Assembly (NCBI RefSeq): GCF_001644705.1
Contig: NZ_CP015137.1
Location: 3,090,001-3,122,000, forward strand
Direction: 5' to 3'
Source: Dickeya solani IPO 2222
Lineage (GTDB): Bacteria; Pseudomonadota; Gammaproteobacteria; Enterobacterales; Enterobacteriaceae
DNA length: 32,000 nt
Shown here: piece after piece, positions 1 through 7,864 of the stretch
Numbering within the stretch: position 1 is the stretch's first letter
How the letters are laid out: every line of letters starts with the position of its first letter
Program-made: the position numbers and the translations under genes
Notes under the pieces: generated by a model
Database searches by the model: none
What the model was told of the DNA's origin: nothing
Seen by the model: the letters and a program-made list of their open reading frames with translations, nothing else

Positions 1-690
1 GACAACGGCACGCTGTTTCTGGATGAAATTGGCGAGTTATCGCTAACGTTACAGGCCAAACTGTTGCGGGTGTTGCAGTACGGCGATTTGCAGCGCGTAG
101 GTGACGACAGTAGCCTGAAAGTGGATGTGCGCGTGCTGGCGGCCACCAACCGGGATTTAAAGCAGTCGGTGCAGGAGGGCGCTTTCCGTGCCGACCTGTT
201 CCATCGTCTGAGCGTGTTTCCGCTGTCGGTGCCGCCGCTGCGCGCGCGCGGTCAGGATATTGCCTTGCTGGCCGGTTTTTTCTGCGAACGCAGCCGCGCC
301 CGATTGGGGTTGCAGCGGCTGTCGTTGTCGCCGGAAGCGATGCAGTTGCTGGCGCGTTATCCGTGGCCGGGGAATGTGCGCGAGCTGGAGCATGTGATTT
401 ACCGGGCGACCATTGTGGCGCGGGCCGGTGGGTCGACCGGCGATCTGGCATTACGTCCGGAACATTTGAATCTGGATGGCGTCTTGCCGGAAGAGCCTCA
501 TCCGGCCGCCGCCGATACCGTGCCGACGTGGCGCGGCATCAGCCTGCGGGATGCGACGGATCAGTATCAGCGGCAGGTGATTAGCGACACGCTGGCGCGA
601 CATCAGGGCAACTGGTCGTCCTGTGCCCGCGAACTGGCGGTGGATAGCGGCAATTTGCACCGGATGGCAAAACGGTTAGGGATTAAATAA
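1..690 (+). CDS. norR: Sigma-54-dependent transcriptional activator, C-terminal part (5' end lies outside the window); NorR-like
   Basis: Frame 1 is open from base 1 ([15 protein letters not shown]...). It has AAA+ sigma-54 interaction motifs ([45 protein letters not shown]) and a C-terminal Fis-type HTH ([12 protein letters not shown]). It is colinear by eye with my recollection of the E. coli NorR C-terminus. Confidence 0.85.
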   Translation, partial: DNGTLFLDEIGELSLTLQAKLLRVLQYGDLQRVGDDSSLKVDVRVLAATNRDLKQSVQEGAFRADLFHRLSVFPLSVPPLRARGQDIALLAGFFCERSRARLGLQRLSLSPEAMQLLARYPWPGNVRELEHVIYRATIVARAGGSTGDLALRPEHLNLDGVLPEEPHPAAADTVPTWRGISLRDATDQYQRQVISDTLARHQGNWSSCARELAVDSGNLHRMAKRLGIK

Positions 691-691
691 C

Positions 692-714
692 AAACCCCGG
701 CATGACCGGGGTTT
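692..714. terminator. Hairpin between the convergent norR and fumarate hydratase genes
   Basis: AAACCCCGG-catga-CCGGGGTTT is a perfect 9-bp stem starting 2 nt after the norR stop. The flanking A and T runs are part of the stem, so it could act in both directions. Confidence 0.6.
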
Positions 715-736
715 GAAGGGTTAGCCTGGCGAATAA

Positions 737-2380
737 TCAACCGCAGCTGGTGCATTTCTGCGACTGGATCACCTGGAAGAAGTCGTTGCCCTTGTCATCC
801 ACCAGAATGAAGGCCGGGAAGTCTTCCACTTCGATTTTCCAGATAGCTTCCATACCCAGTTCCGGGTATTCCACGCATTCCAGACTCTTGATGCTGTTCT
901 GCGCCAGAATCGCCGCCGGGCCGCCGATGCTGCCGAGGTAGAAACCGCCGTGTTTATTACAGGCGTCGGTCACCTGCTGGCTGCGGTTGCCCTTGGCCAG
1001 CATGATCATGCTGCCGCCGTGGGATTGCAGCAGATCAACGTAGGAGTCCATGCGGCCAGCGGTGGTGGGGCCGAGTGAACCGGAGGCATAGCCTTCCGGC
1101 GTTTTGGCCGGGCCGGCGTAGTAGATCGGATGATCTTTCACGTATTGCGGCAGCTCGCCGCCGTTATCCAGCAGCTCTTTCAGCTTGGCGTGCGCGATGT
1201 CGCGCGCCACGATGATGGTGCCGTTGAGCGACAGGCGGGTGGAAACCGGGTACTGCGACAGCGTCTTGAGAATGTCGGCCATCGGGCGGTTCAGGTCGAT
1301 GCGCAACACTTCGCCTTCGCCAGCCTGACGCAAGTGCTCCGGAATGTATTTGCCGGGGTTGGTTTCCAACTGTTCCAGCCAGATACCCTGACGGTTAATC
1401 TTGGCCTTGATGTTGCGGTCCGCCGAGCAAGACACGCCCATGCCGATCGGGCAAGAAGCGCCATGACGCGGCAGACGGATCACGCGCACATCGTGGGCGA
1501 AGTATTTGCCGCCGAATTGGGCGCCGAGCCCCAGATTGCGGGCTTCCTCCAGCAATTCCTGCTCCAGCGCCACATCGCGGAACGCCTGACCATGCTCGTT
1601 GCCTTCGGTCGGCAGCTGGTCATAGTAGCGGGTGGAGGCCAGTTTGGCGGTTTTCAGGTTGGTTTCCGCCGAGGTGCCGCCGATGACGAACGCAATGTGG
1701 TACGGCGGGCAGGCCGCGGTACCCAGCGTACGCATTTTTTCCACCAGATAGTTGGTCAGCTTGCCCGGCGACAGCAGCGCTTTGGTTTCCTGATACAGGT
1801 AGGTCTTGTTGGCGGAACCGCCGCCTTTGGTGACGAACAGGAATTTGTACTCATCGCCTTCGGTGCTGTAGAGGTCGATCTGCGCCGGCAGGTTGGTGCC
1901 GGTGTTGACCTCTTTGTACATGTCCAGCGCCGCGTTCTGAGAATAGCGCAGGTTGTCTTCGATAAAGGTGTTGTACACCCCGCGCGACAGCGCTTCGGCA
2001 TCGTTGCCGCCGGTCCACACGCGTTGGCCTTTTTTGCCGACGATGATGGCGGTGCCGGTGTCCTGACAGGTGGGCAGGATGCCTTTGGCGGCGATTTCGG
2101 AGTTACGCAGGAACTGCAGAGCGACATAACGGTCGTTTTCGCTGGCTTCCGGGTCGAGGAGGATATCGGCGACCTGTTGCTGGTGGGAAGGGCGCAGCAG
2201 GAAAGAGGCATCGTGGAATGCCTGCTGGGCCAACAGCGTCAGCCCCTGCGGGTCGACTTTGAGAATATCCTGGCCTTCAAACTGGCTAACGGAAACAAAA
2301 TCGCTGCTTATTAAACGATATTCGGTTTTATCCTTCGCTAATGGAAACGGATCTTGGTAATAGAACGGTTTATTCGACAT
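737..2380 (-). CDS. fumB: Class I (Fe-S, oxygen-labile) fumarate hydratase
   Basis: The ORF 737-2575 is trimmed to the ATG at 2380 ([14 protein letters not shown]...), giving 547 aa. It is near-colinear with E. coli FumA/FumB. Several segments ([37 protein letters not shown]) fit my recollection of FumB better than FumA. The choice of symbol between fumA and fumB is less certain than the family. Confidence 0.93.
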   Translation of the reverse strand: MSNKPFYYQDPFPLAKDKTEYRLISSDFVSVSQFEGQDILKVDPQGLTLLAQQAFHDASFLLRPSHQQQVADILLDPEASENDRYVALQFLRNSEIAAKGILPTCQDTGTAIIVGKKGQRVWTGGNDAEALSRGVYNTFIEDNLRYSQNAALDMYKEVNTGTNLPAQIDLYSTEGDEYKFLFVTKGGGSANKTYLYQETKALLSPGKLTNYLVEKMRTLGTAACPPYHIAFVIGGTSAETNLKTAKLASTRYYDQLPTEGNEHGQAFRDVALEQELLEEARNLGLGAQFGGKYFAHDVRVIRLPRHGASCPIGMGVSCSADRNIKAKINRQGIWLEQLETNPGKYIPEHLRQAGEGEVLRIDLNRPMADILKTLSQYPVSTRLSLNGTIIVARDIAHAKLKELLDNGGELPQYVKDHPIYYAGPAKTPEGYASGSLGPTTAGRMDSYVDLLQSHGGSMIMLAKGNRSQQVTDACNKHGGFYLGSIGGPAAILAQNSIKSLECVEYPELGMEAIWKIEVEDFPAFILVDDKGNDFFQVIQSQKCTSCG

Positions 2381-2827
2381 TTTCTTCTCACTTGCAGCCG
2401 CATAATGGAATGATTCATCGGGTCTTATTTTCCGTCTAGGCTTTTGTGCCGGTCTTATTGTTGTATCCATCGTTGTTGTGTCAATCGTCTCGGGCACGAC
2501 GACAAAAGCAATAAACGTCGGTTGATATTCCTTAATTTGCGCCAGTGCCGCGCCCCTTGAGGGATACCACCTCACATACTATGGCTTTATGACGGGGAGT
2601 ACCACGCCAACAAGTCACATTATTTTTATCTCCGTCATGTTTTCGTTGAAAATATATCTCCGACAGAAACGTGATGCTGTTGCCGGCAAAATGATCCCTG
2701 GGTGCGTCATATTAAGTCATTTATTTAAGTTAATTAAGTGAGATAAACGGCAACGGTATATCCATTAAATAAATAAGGTTTATTGATTACCTAATTAAAT
2801 TGCACATCCGGTTTCACAAGCGGATAT

Positions 2828-3694
2828 TCATTCGCGCTGTTCTAACAGGGTATCGATCAACCACAGCCCTGCCGGGCCGGGAGGGAACGGGCGCGACCAG
2901 GCGATGTCCACCTCAATCTGCCGCGGCCAGCCGGGCAACGCCAGCTCTATCAGTCGGTTCCGCGCGTATTCGTCCACCAGCCAGCGCGGCAGAATGCTCC
3001 AGCCAAATCCTTGTTCCGCCATTTCCAGCAGCATCAGGTACGACGGCGTCGACCAGGTGGCGCCTTCCGACTGCGGCCGTTCCCGCTGGCTATAGGTGTG
3101 AAGGCACAGCTGACGCGCCGTGGCGAGCTGTTCCTGGGTCACCGGCGTGTGTTGTGCCAGCGGGTGGCTGCGGGCCACGTAGATCGCCATTTCGGTTTTC
3201 ACCTGTAGCCGGGATACCGCGATATCGATGGGGTAATGCGCCTGTGCCTGCAACACGCCGACATGGGCGCGCTGCGATTGCAGCAGGTCCACCACGTCCT
3301 CGTCTTCCGCAATCAGACACTCGAACTCCACATCAGGAAAACGCTCGGCGAAGCGCTGCATCACCGGATAGTAGTGGCGGCACTGCCAGGTGTCCGACAG
3401 CACAAAGGTCAGCCGCGGCTCCACCTTGTCCGCCAGCCGGATCGCCAGTTCGTCCAGCGCCTCGCTGGCGGACAGAATGGCTTTGACGTGGCTGAGCACC
3501 TTGCGTCCTTCGTCGGTCAGCGCCGGCTGATGGCCGCGTCTGTCGAACAACGTCAGGCCCAGATCCGCTTCCAGATTCGCCACTGCCGTACTGACGGTGG
3601 ACTGGCTTTTTTGCAGGTGACGGGCCGCCGCGGAAAAAGAACCGGTATTCACGGTGGCGATGAACGCCAGCAGGGATTCGGGAGAATAACGCAT
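2828..3694 (-). CDS. LysR-family transcriptional regulator, divergent from the PACE transporter (AceR-like arrangement)
   Basis: N-terminal wHTH SFSAAARHLQKSQSTVSTAVANLEADLG followed by a LysR substrate-binding domain. The ORF-track start at 3736 is a GTG. The ATG at 3694 (MRYSPESLLAFIA) gives the usual LysR N-terminus. Confidence 0.85.
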   Translation of the reverse strand: MRYSPESLLAFIATVNTGSFSAAARHLQKSQSTVSTAVANLEADLGLTLFDRRGHQPALTDEGRKVLSHVKAILSASEALDELAIRLADKVEPRLTFVLSDTWQCRHYYPVMQRFAERFPDVEFECLIAEDEDVVDLLQSQRAHVGVLQAQAHYPIDIAVSRLQVKTEMAIYVARSHPLAQHTPVTQEQLATARQLCLHTYSQRERPQSEGATWSTPSYLMLLEMAEQGFGWSILPRWLVDEYARNRLIELALPGWPRQIEVDIAWSRPFPPGPAGLWLIDTLLEQRE

Positions 3695-3800
3695 CGCTGT
3701 CTCTATCGCTTTTTTAGATGGAAACTCATTTAACACTATTGGTTATTTCGATGAGAATGGCAACCCGCAATCGCAGTCATGCAGGCTGAAGGAGGAAAAC

Positions 3801-4265
3801 ATGCAACAGCAAATCCAGCAGAAAGCGCGTCATGAACAAAAAACACTCCGTGAACGGATGGCGCATGCCATCGGTTTCGAGGTGATGGCGTTACTGATTT
3901 GCGCCCCGATCGGCGCCTGGGTGCTCGGGCGCTCGATCTTACAGGTCGGCGCGCTGTCGATAATGCTATCCAGCGTGGCGATGATCTGGAACGTGGTGTA
4001 CAACAGCCAGTTTGATCGCCTGTGGCCGGTCAGCCGTGTCAGACGGGGTCTGTGGGTGCGTATGGGACACGCGCTGGGTTTCGAAGGCGGCTTTATCCTC
4101 ATTGGCTTGCCGCTGGCGGCGTGGATGTTGAATATCACCCTGTGGCAGGCGCTGATGGTGGAGATCGGCTTCTTCCTGTTCTTCCTGCCGTATACCATGG
4201 CCTACAACTGGTTGTACGACCTGTTGCGCGAACGGCTGCTGGCGACCGCGGTACCAGGGCGCTAG
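3801..4265 (+). CDS. PACE-family (AceI-like, two BTP domains) small efflux transporter
   Basis: 154 aa with four predicted TM segments arranged as an internal duplication. Each half opens with the family motif R-x-x-H-A-x-G-F-E (RERMAHAIGFEV and WVRMGHALGFEG). AGGAGG sits 6 nt upstream of the ATG. Confidence 0.8.
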   Translation: MQQQIQQKARHEQKTLRERMAHAIGFEVMALLICAPIGAWVLGRSILQVGALSIMLSSVAMIWNVVYNSQFDRLWPVSRVRRGLWVRMGHALGFEGGFILIGLPLAAWMLNITLWQALMVEIGFFLFFLPYTMAYNWLYDLLRERLLATAVPGR

Positions 4266-4350
4266 CCGAGCGACGCGGCAAAAACGACCCGGCAAAGGAG
4301 AGTAGCGCACCGCCTCTGCCGGTTCCGAGCTGTCGGCTTGACCGCTTGCG

Positions 4351-5025
4351 TTACTGACGCAGCGAGGCCCGGTACTCGGCGTAATCCGGCATATGGGGAA
4401 TACGCCACAGATACCAGGCGGCCAGCGTGCGGTAAGGGCGGCAGGCTTCGCTCATCTCCAGCATCGCTTTACGCGTCGGGTCTTGCGGCAGGCGGTACAG
4501 GTAACGAAACCCCTGTTTGATGCCGAGGTCGTCCACCGGCATGATGTCCATCCGCTCCAGCGTGGAGATCAGCAGCATTTCCACCGTCCAGCGGCCGATA
4601 CCTTTCAGCGTGCAAAGCCGTTCGATCAACGTCTCGTCATCCACATGTTCTGCCTCCGCCCGGCTCGGCACCAGCCCATTCTGCACACCCTGAGCAATCC
4701 CTTTGACCGTGTCGATTTTGCGGGCGGAAAAGCCGCACTGGCGCAAGGCTTCCGGTTCGCATGCCGTCAGTTGATCGGCGGAGGGAAAACCGTTTTCACC
4801 CACGGCAAATCGTTGCTGCAGTTTGTTGATGATGGCCGCGGCGGCGCGGTTGCTGAGCTGCTGGCTGGCGACCGCCCGAATCAGCGCGTCGTAAGGTTCC
4901 CTTGCCGGGCGGCTTTCAAAACGAATATGGCCGATGCCGTCGATCAACCGCGCCCAGTGCGCGTCAATGGCGGCCAGATGGGCGAGAGCCTGGGGTTCGT
5001 CGAACGGGAGCGGTGGTGTGGTCAT
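4351..5025 (-). CDS. DNA-3-methyladenine glycosylase II family protein (short AlkA-like, HhH-GPD)
   Basis: 224 aa with an HhH-GPD signature (LKGIGRWTVEMLLISTLERMDIMPVDDLGI, including the catalytic-type Asp). It lacks the N-terminal domain of 282-aa E. coli AlkA. Confidence 0.8.
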   Translation of the reverse strand: MTTPPLPFDEPQALAHLAAIDAHWARLIDGIGHIRFESRPAREPYDALIRAVASQQLSNRAAAAIINKLQQRFAVGENGFPSADQLTACEPEALRQCGFSARKIDTVKGIAQGVQNGLVPSRAEAEHVDDETLIERLCTLKGIGRWTVEMLLISTLERMDIMPVDDLGIKQGFRYLYRLPQDPTRKAMLEMSEACRPYRTLAAWYLWRIPHMPDYAEYRASLRQ

Positions 5026-5120
5026 TCTGCGGCATCCTTATTTTTGTGATTGAACGGGCAAGGCAACGCTTCGCTAACAAGGTATACTGAATAGTACTGG
5101 TTGCTTGAACAGGTGTCTGC

Positions 5121-5774
5121 ATGAATTTCGAACTGTTTGCCGATGAGCCGCCGGAACGCCGCAATGAAACGCTGGCGCCCGGCGCCATGCTGCTGCGCGG
5201 CTTTGCCTGGCAACAGGCCGGTGAATTGCTGGCCGGGCTGGCACAGGTGACGCAGCGGTCGCCGTTTCGTCACATGGTGACGCCGGGCGGGCATACCATG
5301 TCGGTGGCGATGAGTAACTGCGGGCCGCTGGGCTGGGTGAGCGACGAACTGGGATATCGCTACAGCGCTCAGGATCCGCTGACCGGCCAGCCGTGGCCCG
5401 CCATGCCGGCCTGCTTTTGGCAACTGTCACAGGCGGCGGCTCGCGAGGCTGGGTATGACGGTTTTGCGCCGGATGCCTGCCTGATTAACCGGTACGCGCC
5501 GGGAGCCAAACTGTCGTTGCATCAGGACAAGGACGAGCAGGACTTGCGCCAGCCGATCGTCTCCGTCTCGCTGGGGTTAAGCGCGGTGTTTCTGTTTGGC
5601 GGGGAAAAACGCAGCGACCCGTGCCAGCGGTTGGCGCTGATGCATGGCGATGTGGTGGTGTGGGGCGGCGCTTCCCGGCTGTATTACCACGCCATTTTGC
5701 CGCTCAAAAACGGACCGCTGCCGGCGGGAATGTCGGATGAGGTTCGCTTTAATCTAACGTTTCGTAAAGTGTGA
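5121..5774 (+). CDS. alkB: Fe(II)/2-oxoglutarate-dependent DNA/RNA alkylation repair dioxygenase AlkB
   Basis: Colinear with E. coli AlkB (SPFRHMVTPGGHTMSVAMSNCG, ACLINRYAPGAKLSLHQDKDE, VVVWGG.SRL.YH, RFNLTFR). AGGTG lies 5 nt upstream of the ATG. Confidence 0.95.
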   Translation: MNFELFADEPPERRNETLAPGAMLLRGFAWQQAGELLAGLAQVTQRSPFRHMVTPGGHTMSVAMSNCGPLGWVSDELGYRYSAQDPLTGQPWPAMPACFWQLSQAAAREAGYDGFAPDACLINRYAPGAKLSLHQDKDEQDLRQPIVSVSLGLSAVFLFGGEKRSDPCQRLALMHGDVVVWGGASRLYYHAILPLKNGPLPAGMSDEVRFNLTFRKV

Positions 5775-5777
5775 AAG

Positions 5778-5797
5778 GTCCCCCACGAGTGGGGGAC
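5778..5797. terminator. Hairpin between the convergent alkB and flavoprotein genes
   Basis: GTCCCCCA-cgag-TGGGGGAC is an 8-bp GC-rich stem 4 nt after the alkB stop and 10 nt after the flavoprotein stop. The T tracts on both sides are weak. Confidence 0.5.
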
Positions 5798-5806
5798 GAA
5801 AAGGCA

Positions 5807-7369
5807 TTACTTTTTGGTGAAATGGAGATAATCGAGGGCGTTTTCTGCCGCCATGCGACCTGAGTTGAGCGCAAAGCCGAAGGTGCCGCCGCCCAGCAGC
5901 AGATCGTAGGTGTCGCCGTACATGCCGGCGGCGTCATTACCGGTGACGTACAGCCCCGGCACTGCATTGCCTGCCGGCGATATCGCTTCCATCTTCTCGT
6001 TGATCTTCACGCCGCCCAGTGTGCCGAGCGCGGCCGGCAGCATTTTCACCGCGTAGAAAGGACCGGTTTTCATCGGGCGCAGGTAGTCCATGTTCTTGTT
6101 GAACACCTCGTCCCGTTTCTGTGCGGCGAAGCGGTTGTTTTCGTCAACGGTGTGTTTTAACACGCTGGCGTCGACGCCCATCTGTTTCGCCAACTCGTCC
6201 AGCGTGGCGGCCTTGAACACAAAGCCGCGGTTTTTCTGGCTCTCTTTGGTGAACTCATCATCGAATTTCACCAGCTTGGTGTTGGCGATCACCCATTCGC
6301 CGATCGGCACATCGATGCCGTCGTTGACGAAGTGTTTGCGGGCGTCTTCGTCAAACACCGAATACATCACCCCACCGGCTTTAGCCAGCGCGTTGCCGGC
6401 GTGTGGCCAGATGATGACGATGGATTCATCGGTGAAACGGCGGCCGTGTTGATCTATCCACAGATAAGGCTGACGAGCGGCGGCCAGCAACTGAGAGTTA
6501 GGCGCATAGTCCGGCAGGCCGGGGCGGTAGGACTGTACGACGCCCATGCCGTCCTCTTTGGCCCCGGCTTTCCACGCCATTTTGATGCCGTCGCCGTCTT
6601 TACCGACGTTGCCCACCATGATGGTGTCCGGCACCGCCACGTATTTCTGCAGCATCTCCTTATTGTTGGCGTAACCGCCGGTGGCGATGATCACCGCTTT
6701 GGCGTCGATCTGGAACGGTTTGCCGTCGCTGCCTTCGGCGATCACCCCGGCGACTTTGCCGTCCTTCATCACCAGATCTTTACCGGCGGTTTTCACCAGC
6801 GTGGTGACCGGCATGGTTTTGAACTGTTCGTGGAAGGTTTTTATCAGGTAGCGACCGTGGCCGGGGCCGTCGATCACGTGCCAGGTCAACATCCCGCCCG
6901 GTCCGCCGGGGCCGATATATTCAAACTTGATGCCTTTGGATTTGACCCACTCGATGGTGTCGGCGGAGCGGTTGACGAAGGCGCGCACCACAAACGGGTT
7001 CGCCATCCAGTGGCTGTATTCCATGATGGTTTTGAACGCCATGTCCGGCGTTACTACGATGCCCTGACGTTTCTGCATGGTGCTGTTGGCGGCGAAAATG
7101 CCTTCGGCGAAGTTGCCGGTGCCGCCGACTACGCCCTGTTTTTCCAGCAATACGACGCTGGCGCCTTTCTCGGCCGCCGCCATGGTGGCGGCGGTGCCGG
7201 CCGCCCCTGCGCCGATGATCACCACGTCAGCGCTTTTGGGGATCGCCGCCGGTTTGGCCGGTTCCGCGTTGGCGGCGGGTTGCGGTGCCGCCTGCTCCGC
7301 GTAGGCGGAGGTCATCCCCAGCATCGACAGGCACAGGGCGGCAAGGATTGTTCTTCGGTATTGAGCCAT
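5807..7369 (-). CDS. Exported FAD-dependent oxidoreductase, FAD_binding_2 family (flavocytochrome-c fumarate reductase, urocanate reductase or acrylate reductase type); substrate unknown
   Basis: The N-terminus MAQYRRTILAALCLSMLGMTSAYA|EQ looks like a Tat-type signal. A Pro/Ala linker follows, then the dinucleotide fold VVIIGAGAAGTAATMAAAEKGASVVLLEK and a C-terminal GLYVTGNDAAG...GGGTFGFALNSGRMAA. No heme-binding CxxCH motifs are present. Confidence 0.85.
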   Translation of the reverse strand: MAQYRRTILAALCLSMLGMTSAYAEQAAPQPAANAEPAKPAAIPKSADVVIIGAGAAGTAATMAAAEKGASVVLLEKQGVVGGTGNFAEGIFAANSTMQKRQGIVVTPDMAFKTIMEYSHWMANPFVVRAFVNRSADTIEWVKSKGIKFEYIGPGGPGGMLTWHVIDGPGHGRYLIKTFHEQFKTMPVTTLVKTAGKDLVMKDGKVAGVIAEGSDGKPFQIDAKAVIIATGGYANNKEMLQKYVAVPDTIMVGNVGKDGDGIKMAWKAGAKEDGMGVVQSYRPGLPDYAPNSQLLAAARQPYLWIDQHGRRFTDESIVIIWPHAGNALAKAGGVMYSVFDEDARKHFVNDGIDVPIGEWVIANTKLVKFDDEFTKESQKNRGFVFKAATLDELAKQMGVDASVLKHTVDENNRFAAQKRDEVFNKNMDYLRPMKTGPFYAVKMLPAALGTLGGVKINEKMEAISPAGNAVPGLYVTGNDAAGMYGDTYDLLLGGGTFGFALNSGRMAAENALDYLHFTKK

Positions 7370-7452
7370 CTTGTTTTCCTTTTATCGTTTTCACAAATAT
7401 CGTTCTCACGAAATAACACACGGCAAACCGGGCGGCGCCCGGCCGTCATGAA

Positions 7453-7803
7453 TCAGTGCTGGCGGGCTTTTTCGTACGCCTCTTGCGCGGCGTCATGCAC
7501 TGCGCCGCTGGTCATGGTGGCGCCGGAGACGCCATCGACATTGATGGTCTTTTTCTCGGTCATGGTTTTCTCCAGCTCTTTGGCCGCTTCGCCGCCCACT
7601 TCCGGCGTTTCCGACGGGGCGTCGATGCTGGCCTTGTTGACCGTGCCGTTGGCATCCACTTCAAGGGTGACGGTCACGTCGCCGCCGATGCCCTGCTTAC
7701 TGGATGAGTAGGTGCCGGCCTTGAACTGACCGCCTTCCGCCAACGCAACGGTGCTGGCGGTGATAAGCAGGCAACTGAGTAATGTGGCTGAACTTCTCTT
7801 CAT
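7453..7803 (-). CDS. Secreted FMN_bind-domain protein with an ApbE-type covalent flavinylation motif
   Basis: 116 aa with a Sec-type signal (MKRSSATLLSCLLITASTVALA|EGG). The motif DGVSGATMTSG matches the D-x-x-S-G-A-T flavinylation site known from NqrC, RnfG and extracytosolic reductases. Confidence 0.8.
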   Translation of the reverse strand: MKRSSATLLSCLLITASTVALAEGGQFKAGTYSSSKQGIGGDVTVTLEVDANGTVNKASIDAPSETPEVGGEAAKELEKTMTEKKTINVDGVSGATMTSGAVHDAAQEAYEKARQH

Positions 7804-7864
7804 AACGTGATTTCACTCTTTTGATTAACGGAATGTTGATTAATAAAAAATACTGGCCGCCCGG

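Noticed and set aside
1130-2314. Long ORFs antisense to confidently assigned genes: 1130-2314, 6332-7711, 11422-12228, 13759-14565, 15435-16382, 18306-19166, 19948-20817, 23809-24525, 26717-27862, and many shorter ones.
   Set aside because: Each lies entirely opposite a CDS with strong family motifs. Their translations are Arg/Gly/Ala/Pro-rich and low in complexity, and they lack SD sequences. This is the usual stop-codon-poor antisense frame of GC-rich coding DNA.
2381-2575. N-terminal extensions of ORF-track entries: fumB to 2575, nrfC-like to 10957, LacI to 14877, dmlA to 23005, rhiE to 28507, LysR to 3736, NUDIX from 30503.
   Set aside because: In each case an internal ATG with an SD reproduces the conserved family N-terminus (MSNKPF, the MENYTRRRF Tat signal, the MNKKRITS HTH, MSQPRYRIAV, the MNKPLQ signal peptide). 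The extensions run through promoter regions or antisense through neighbouring genes.
5026-5120. Looked for an Ada box in the alkA-like/alkB divergent region.
   Set aside because: GCAA-containing strings are present (GGGCAAGGCAACGC). No AAT-N6-GCAA or AAAGCGCA arrangement is present on either strand, so I make no claim.
7453-7803. Lipoprotein lipobox (LLSC) in the FMN_bind protein.
   Set aside because: The Cys lies at position 11, which is too close to the N-terminus for a signal-peptide h-region. A standard Sec cleavage site after VALA fits better.
7804-7864. FNR site suspected from TTGAT motifs upstream of the FMN_bind gene, and similarly in 10895-11040 and 2381-2827.
   Set aside because: The TTGAT pentamers occur as direct repeats (TTGATTAA twice) with no ATCAA partner at N4 spacing, so they do not fit the FNR consensus TTGAT-N4-ATCAA.
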